Assembly: GCA_902798825.1 (NCBI GenBank)
Contig: CADBYI010000003.1
Span: forward strand, 1,993-65,992
Reading direction: 5' to 3'
Length of the DNA: 64,000 nt
Origin: an uncultured Eubacteriales bacterium
GTDB taxonomy: Bacteria > Bacillota > Clostridia > Christensenellales > CAG-138
Positions 59,042 to 64,000 of this stretch are shown piece after piece. Every line of letters begins with the position of its first letter. Position 1 is the stretch's first letter. A program made the position numbers and the translations under genes. The notes beneath the pieces were generated by a model. The model did not search any database. It was not told the origin of the DNA and was given only the letters and a program-made list of their open reading frames with translations.

Positions 59042-60490
59042 TCAGTTCGCTTTCTTTTTCCCAAAGAGCAGCCGTCCGAAGAGGACGCCGCAGAGGATGA
59101 GGAAATAGGCCGCCAGGATGCCGAAGACCAGCCAGGTGGTGGCGGGCTGGTTTTGGGCGATAAGGCCCAGGACCAGAAGGAACGGGGCGCCAAGGAGCAC
59201 GGCGTACAGGTTCTGGAAGATCAGATTCTCCGCAGCCGGGGTCTCAAAGAGAGGATCGATCTCCCGGCAGAGGATAAGGCCCGTGCTCACCGTGCCCGTC
59301 AGCATGCCATAGAAGCAGAGGAACTGCTCATGGGCATAGTCCGGGAACAGCTTCTGGCTGGCGTAACGGACAAAGAGGAAGGTGGCCACGGCGCCCGCCA
59401 CGCAGATGAGCAGCAGGGGCACGATGAACTCCGGATGGCCGAAGGCGGTGAGATCGATGGAGGCGATGGAGGCCACCACCATGATGTCGAACATCCAGCC
59501 GGAGATCCGGTTCAAAAGGAAGGTGTTCCGGTATTCCCGCTGCATCCAACCGGCCTTGGAAAAGCCCTTCAGGAGCGCTTTGACGATGACGCAGGCCAGC
59601 AGACCAAACAGGAAGTTGAAGCCCCAGATGGTGGACTGCAGGGTCTTCACATAGAAGGGAATGGAGCCGAAGGCGGCGTCGATGCCCTTCATGATGCCGT
59701 AGGCCAGGATATAGGTGACCAGGATCAGGGCCGCCTGGACGGTGAACTTGTCCATGCTCTCGCTAAGGGCGATCTCCCCCTTGCCGGTGATGGTCTCCGC
59801 CGTCAGGTCCTCCGCCTCATCAGCGTTCTCGTGCATCTTGAGCTTGCCCTTCTTCTGCATCACGTTCATATACAGAACGCCGCCCACGCTGGCGGATACA
59901 AAGCCCATGGCCGCCACGGTGAGGCCGAAGCTGGAGCCGTTGACGAAGCCGTAGCTGTTTTCAAAGGTGAGGCCCCAGTTGAAGGCCTGCCCGGGGCCCT
60001 GGCCGTATCCCAGGGGCAGCAGGATGCCGCTGGACGCAAAGGTCCTGCCCTTGAAAAGGTAGAAGAAGCCCAGCGTAATAAGCAGGCCCACCACGCCCTG
60101 GATCAGATACCCGCAAACGGTGATGGCGCCGGAGCGGAAGATTTCCCGGTTCCGGCCCTTGCTCTTGGCCCGCTTGCTCTGTTTCAGGCTCATAGCCACG
60201 ATGCCCAGGCCCAGCCCGTGATAGGTCATGGCCTCCAGGGTGATGAGGTTGTTGCCGCTTCTAAAGAAGCTGACGCCGGTGATAGCCCGATAGACACCGT
60301 CTCCGATGAGCAACAGAAAGCCCGCCAGCACCGCGCCGGGCAACAGGGACTTTCGAAGCAGTGGGATCATCCGCCGCAGAGCGCCGGCCAGAAGCAGGGC
60401 CCCGGAAAGGATGGCCAACATGATGATGAAGTTCCAGACCTCGATGCTCTGGAAGCTGGTGAACTCGGATACGGCTGCTTGATTGATCAT
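59042..60490 (-). CDS. Polytopic membrane transporter, probable sodium:glutamate symporter (GltS/ESS family)
   Basis: 482 aa, about 12 TM segments. The N-terminal pattern ...LRRMIPLLRKSLLPGAVLAGFLLL resembles GltS-type proteins. Assigned from memory only. Confidence 0.5.
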   Translation of the reverse strand: MINQAAVSEFTSFQSIEVWNFIIMLAILSGALLLAGALRRMIPLLRKSLLPGAVLAGFLLLIGDGVYRAITGVSFFRSGNNLITLEAMTYHGLGLGIVAMSLKQSKRAKSKGRNREIFRSGAITVCGYLIQGVVGLLITLGFFYLFKGRTFASSGILLPLGYGQGPGQAFNWGLTFENSYGFVNGSSFGLTVAAMGFVSASVGGVLYMNVMQKKGKLKMHENADEAEDLTAETITGKGEIALSESMDKFTVQAALILVTYILAYGIMKGIDAAFGSIPFYVKTLQSTIWGFNFLFGLLACVIVKALLKGFSKAGWMQREYRNTFLLNRISGWMFDIMVVASIASIDLTAFGHPEFIVPLLLICVAGAVATFLFVRYASQKLFPDYAHEQFLCFYGMLTGTVSTGLILCREIDPLFETPAAENLIFQNLYAVLLGAPFLLVLGLIAQNQPATTWLVFGILAAYFLILCGVLFGRLLFGKKKAN

Positions 60491-60533
60491 AGGTTCTCCT
60501 TATGCTGTGGCGCCCTGTATAGGAGGCGGCGCT

Positions 60534-60989
60534 TTACCCCTTCAATAGTTCATCCTTCTCCATGAGGGCGTTCCACTTGTCCAGGGAATCGTCCAGTATG
60601 GCGGTGAGCTTTTCCGTTTCCTCCCGGGTCATGTTGTGGGCGATACGCTTGGCAAGGACCCGGCAGCTCTGCTCGAAGGCGGGGCCGCATCCCTTGAACT
60701 TCTCCGTCAGCTCCAGATGGAATTCTCTCCGATCTGTCTGGGAGGGGACCCGCTTCACATAGCCCTTGCGAATGAGGCAATTGACCCGATAGGTGGCGTT
60801 GCTCTGGGAGATGCCGGTGAACCGGGCGAACTGAGAGATGGTGGGCCGTTCCATGGCTTCGATGCCTTCCAGGCAGAATATCTCCATGGGCGTCAGATCC
60901 TGGCTCTCCTCCCTGACCGTGATGAACATCTTTCGCAAAAAACCCAGCCGCATCCGCAGCATGACCCGTGACAGTGATTCGCTCAGCAT
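60534..60989 (-). CDS. MarR-family transcriptional regulator
   Basis: 151 aa with a winged HTH core ISQFARFTGISQSNATYRVNCLIRKGYVKRVPSQTDRREFHLELTEKG. Confidence 0.85.
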   Translation of the reverse strand: MLSESLSRVMLRMRLGFLRKMFITVREESQDLTPMEIFCLEGIEAMERPTISQFARFTGISQSNATYRVNCLIRKGYVKRVPSQTDRREFHLELTEKFKGCGPAFEQSCRVLAKRIAHNMTREETEKLTAILDDSLDKWNALMEKDELLKG

Positions 60990-61098
60990 ACGTTCACCCC
61001 CAAACAGATAATTACTATTGTTTTTTTAAGTATATGCCCTTTTCCAGGCTGCGTCAATGAAAAACTACGAAAAAACGTGTTATTTTCCACATAAAAAC

Positions 61099-61132
61099 GG
61101 AGCTTCAAAGCCGGCCGCGGCCTGAAGCTCCC
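61099..61132. terminator. Bidirectional intrinsic terminator
   Basis: GGAGCTTCA...TGAAGCTCC stem flanked by AAAAAC on the left and CTTTTTT on the right. It lies downstream of the DUF1858 gene. Confidence 0.7.
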
Positions 61133-61161
61133 TTTTTTCGACACCATGAAAGGGAGGATAT

Positions 61162-61371
61162 TTACTCTCCCTGGGCCTCCAGGTATTCGTTGATCTGGTC
61201 CACCAGCGCGTCAGCGTCGATGCCGTGGACGGCGCAGGCCTGTTCGAGATTCTCAAAGTGGGACATCATGCAGCCTAAACAATGCATACCCGCACCCATG
61301 AGGAGCTCGGCGATGCCCTCGTCCATCATGACCATTTCCCGGATGTTCATATCCTTGCTAACTTGCTTCAT
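61162..61371 (-). CDS. DUF1858-domain protein (hybrid-cluster-protein-associated redox disulfide domain)
   Basis: 69 aa. IREMVMMDEGIAELLMGAGMHCLGCMMSHFENLEQACAVHGID with a CxxC motif, typical of the family. Confidence 0.8.
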   Translation of the reverse strand: MKQVSKDMNIREMVMMDEGIAELLMGAGMHCLGCMMSHFENLEQACAVHGIDADALVDQINEYLEAQGE

Positions 61372-61416
61372 CGTTCTGTTCTCCTTTTCGTTGTTCAGTA
61401 TAGTATATCCGCCTTT

Positions 61417-61872
61417 TCAGCTTTTGGCAATAAACTGATTGCGGCATTTTGTGCAGGTGACCCTGATTTTGCCCTTTCCCCGGGGGACACGCAGCCGCTG
61501 GGAGCACTGGGGGCAGATGAGATACCGATAGGTCCGATACTCCCGCCACTGTCGCTTCCACTTCTCCATCAGGCCGCCGGAGCCGGGGGCGGAAGATTGC
61601 TGACGCCCACCGCCTGCGTTGCCAAAGGGTTTGGCGAAGAACTCCTTCACCGCCGTCACACCCGCCAGGAACTTCATGTTTTCATTGTTCCGCTTTTCGG
61701 GATGCCCGGCAAAGAGGCGAATGCCCAAAAAGACAGCCGCCGCAGCGAACAGCAGGCGAAACAGGGTGCTGGCCCCGGCGTAGCGGTTCAGCACGAAGCT
61801 CAACAGATAACAGACGCCGATGGTGATGAGCAGGGCTTTGTTCAGTTCGTCCAATCGAAGCTTGGGTCTCAT
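61417..61872 (-). CDS. Membrane protein with a C-terminal zinc-ribbon
   Basis: 151 aa. Two TM helices, then CPQC...CTKC. ATGA overlap with the upstream GH13 gene. Confidence 0.5.
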   Translation of the reverse strand: MRPKLRLDELNKALLITIGVCYLLSFVLNRYAGASTLFRLLFAAAAVFLGIRLFAGHPEKRNNENMKFLAGVTAVKEFFAKPFGNAGGGRQQSSAPGSGGLMEKWKRQWREYRTYRYLICPQCSQRLRVPRGKGKIRVTCTKCRNQFIAKS

Positions 61873-63815
61873 AGGTTCGTTTCCTTCCGATAGATGCAGT
61901 ATCCTTCCGCGGGCACCAGGGCGCTCAACACGCTGCGCACCCGCAGACTTTCTCCGGTAAACAGCTCGGTGTATTGGCCGGAAAGGGGCACGGGCACTTC
62001 CCCATCCTCTCCCTTATAGAGAAGAGACGGATAGATGGCCGCGGACACGGGCACGGCGCTTTGGTTCACCATAAGTACCACGCACTCCTCCTCCGTGTAT
62101 CGAACCAAAGCGAAACACTTGCCGGAGATGGCGCCCATGCGAAGATGACCGGAACGAATGGCCTCGCTCCCCTGCCGAAGGCCGATGAGGGTCCGCACCG
62201 TGTCCCGCATGACAAGGTCCTCCCTGCCCCAGGGGTAGGGTCGCCGGTTGAGGGGGTCGCCGCCGCCGGTAAGGCCCACCTCGTCCCCATAGTAGATGCA
62301 GGGGACGCCGGGCAGCAGCAGCTGCAAGGCGGTGCCGGCCAGGAAGAGGCGCTTAGCTCGAACCAGGGTGGGGCCATCGGGATGGAAGGCCGCCTGTTCC
62401 GCCCGGGTGGCGCTGAACCGATCCGGTCCACCCGCAAGACAGGTGATGGCCCTGGTCTCGTCGTGGGAGGAGAGCAGGTTCAAGCAGGCGTCCCGGAAGG
62501 GCTTGGGGTAGTTCTCAAACAGGGACCAGAGGCGGCGCTCCAGATCGAAGGCGCTCTCCTCCCCCCGCAAGTAGCGCAGGATGCCCGTGCGCAGGGGATA
62601 GTTCATGGCGGAGTCCAGCTCGTTGCCATCCACATACCCCCGGCGGCCTTCGGGACCCTGCTTGTTGGAGCAGTCGTCCCAAACCTCACCCAGGAGCACG
62701 TTCTCCTCCCCCTCCGCCTTCACCCGGCTGCGCACATCGCGAATGAAGCAGTCGGGCAGTTCGTCCGCCACGTCCAGCCGCCAGCCGGAGGCCCCGGCCT
62801 CCAGCCACTTGTGGAGGACCCCCTCGGGCCCATGGATGAAGGCGCCGTAGCTGGGCTCCTTCTCCTCCACGTTAGGCAGAGTGTCAAAGCCCCACCAGCA
62901 TTCGTACCGTTCCGGCCAGCGGGAGAAACGATACCAGGAGAAGTAGGGGGAATCGGTATGATGATAGGCTCCGTTGCCGTAGCGGTTGCGCTTGTCGAAG
63001 TAGCGGCTGTCGGCGCCGGTATGGGAGAAGACCCCGTCCAAAATGATGCGGATGCCCCGCTCCTTCGCCTCCGCGCAAAGGGTTCTAAAATCCTCCTCCG
63101 TCCCCAACAGCGGGTCGATGCGGGTATAATCCGCAGTGTTGTAGCGGTGGTTGCTGTCGGCTTCGAAGATGGGGTTCAGATAGATACAGGTGATCCCCAG
63201 CTCCTCCAGATAGGGGAGCTTTTCCCGAATGCCGTTCAGATCGCCGCCAAAGTAGTCATCCGGGGCGTAGGTCCGGCTGCCGCCATGGGGGCTGTAGAGG
63301 GGCTCCTCCGCCCAGTCCCGGTGCAAAAACACCTTGCGCTCCATGCGCTGATGGTAGGCGGCGCCGGCGGCCATAGGTGCGCGCTCGCTGCGGCAGAAAC
63401 GGTCCGGGAAAATCTGATAGGCCACAGCCTGACGGAACCAGGCGGGGGTCGCAAAATCCGGATCGTACACGGTAATCTGCCACAGCTCGCCCCGATCCTC
63501 CCGCAGCTCGCCACGGCCGGAACTGCCGCAATAGTAGTACTCCCGGCCGTCCTGACGCAGCAGGAAGCCATAGAACATGAGCCCCGGCTCCTCCAGGGCC
63601 GAAAATCGCACCGTGAACCGGTCCCCCACCGGCCACATGGGCAAAAGACGCTCCCCCATCCGATCCTGCAGCAGCAGAAACACCTCGCCGTAGATATCGG
63701 CGGTACGGACGGACAGCGTCACCTCCTCGTTCGCCTTCACGGCGCCCTGGGGCCGACGGTAGGTTATGTCCAACGAATCGTGCTGAAAGTACATGATTTC
63801 ATTATACACATCCAT
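61869..63815 (-). CDS. GH13 alpha-amylase-family glycosidase (neopullulanase / cyclomaltodextrinase-like)
   Basis: GH13 conserved regions DGVFSHTG, GWRLDVADELP, LLGEVWDD and LLSSHDETR. 648 aa. Confidence 0.88.
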   Translation of the reverse strand: MDVYNEIMYFQHDSLDITYRRPQGAVKANEEVTLSVRTADIYGEVFLLLQDRMGERLLPMWPVGDRFTVRFSALEEPGLMFYGFLLRQDGREYYYCGSSGRGELREDRGELWQITVYDPDFATPAWFRQAVAYQIFPDRFCRSERAPMAAGAAYHQRMERKVFLHRDWAEEPLYSPHGGSRTYAPDDYFGGDLNGIREKLPYLEELGITCIYLNPIFEADSNHRYNTADYTRIDPLLGTEEDFRTLCAEAKERGIRIILDGVFSHTGADSRYFDKRNRYGNGAYHHTDSPYFSWYRFSRWPERYECWWGFDTLPNVEEKEPSYGAFIHGPEGVLHKWLEAGASGWRLDVADELPDCFIRDVRSRVKAEGEENVLLGEVWDDCSNKQGPEGRRGYVDGNELDSAMNYPLRTGILRYLRGEESAFDLERRLWSLFENYPKPFRDACLNLLSSHDETRAITCLAGGPDRFSATRAEQAAFHPDGPTLVRAKRLFLAGTALQLLLPGVPCIYYGDEVGLTGGGDPLNRRPYPWGREDLVMRDTVRTLIGLRQGSEAIRSGHLRMGAISGKCFALVRYTEEECVVLMVNQSAVPVSAAIYPSLLYKGEDGEVPVPLSGQYTELFTGESLRVRSVLSALVPAEGYCIYRKETNL

Positions 63816-63888
63816 GCCCTTTATTCAAGTCGCAAGTTGCCAAATGTTGCACGTTTTTCACAAGTAAAAAACGGCCCCGTTGTTTTCT

Positions 63889-63917
63889 TTGACGAGTGGA
63901 GAGAATGCTGGTATACT
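63889..63917 (+). promoter_or_regulatory. Promoter candidate for the last (partial) gene
   Basis: TTGACG, 17-nt spacer, TGgTATACT (extended -10). Confidence 0.55.
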
Positions 63918-63923
63918 GATGAC

Positions 63924-64000
63924 ATGACGAAGGAACGAATGACACAATTTCTCATACGGTTCGCCTATGTGGCGGTGATGCTGGGGCTGATCTTTTTGGG
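63924..64000 (+). CDS. 5' end of a hypothetical membrane protein (partial; runs off the window)
   Basis: MTKERMTQFLIRFAYVAVMLGLIFL.. is open to the window end. An alternative ATG at 63939 follows GAAGGA. Confidence 0.3.
   Translation, partial: MTKERMTQFLIRFAYVAVMLGLIFL

Overview
GC-rich, gene-dense chromosomal segment. By inference it comes from a Gram-positive anaerobe of the Clostridia (Oscillospiraceae-like): CIRCE-controlled groES-groEL, pyruvate:ferredoxin oxidoreductase, an IspH-ribosomal protein S1 fusion, and many ATGA start/stop overlaps. I call about 55 protein genes, almost all housekeeping. They cover cell-wall and shape functions (mreC-mreD-PBP2-NlpC/P60, an MraY-like paralog, two tandem D-Ala-D-Ala carboxypeptidases), alpha-glucan metabolism (malQ, glgP, a GH13 enzyme), PFOR, and a surE-rpiR-flavoprotein-cmk-plsC-ispH/rpsA operon. 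The rest include feoB, groESL, rpsT, rqcH, rdgB, metK, nucleotide salvage genes, pntAA-pntAB-pntB, two ABC systems and several regulators. There is one tRNA-Pro(GGG). I see no rRNA, CRISPR array, transposase, integrase, phage gene or recognisable defence gene. The most unusual signal is non-coding. A structured element of about 230 bp occurs three times (2382..2609, 37015..37261, 49637..49862). Each copy lies just after a stop codon, in the same orientation as that gene, and is nested between two copies of that locus's own terminator hairpin. Several helices are supported by compensatory substitutions between copies. Secondary signals are a tRNA-Pro whose 3' half plus terminator is duplicated about 170 bp downstream with an inverted tRNA fragment in between, an orphan promoter-to-terminator unit that could be a small RNA or leader (53701..53921), a feoB start codon fused to the upstream terminator, and a small ORF interrupted by an in-frame TGA. 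Promoter and terminator calls are pattern-based. No folding energies or database searches were run.
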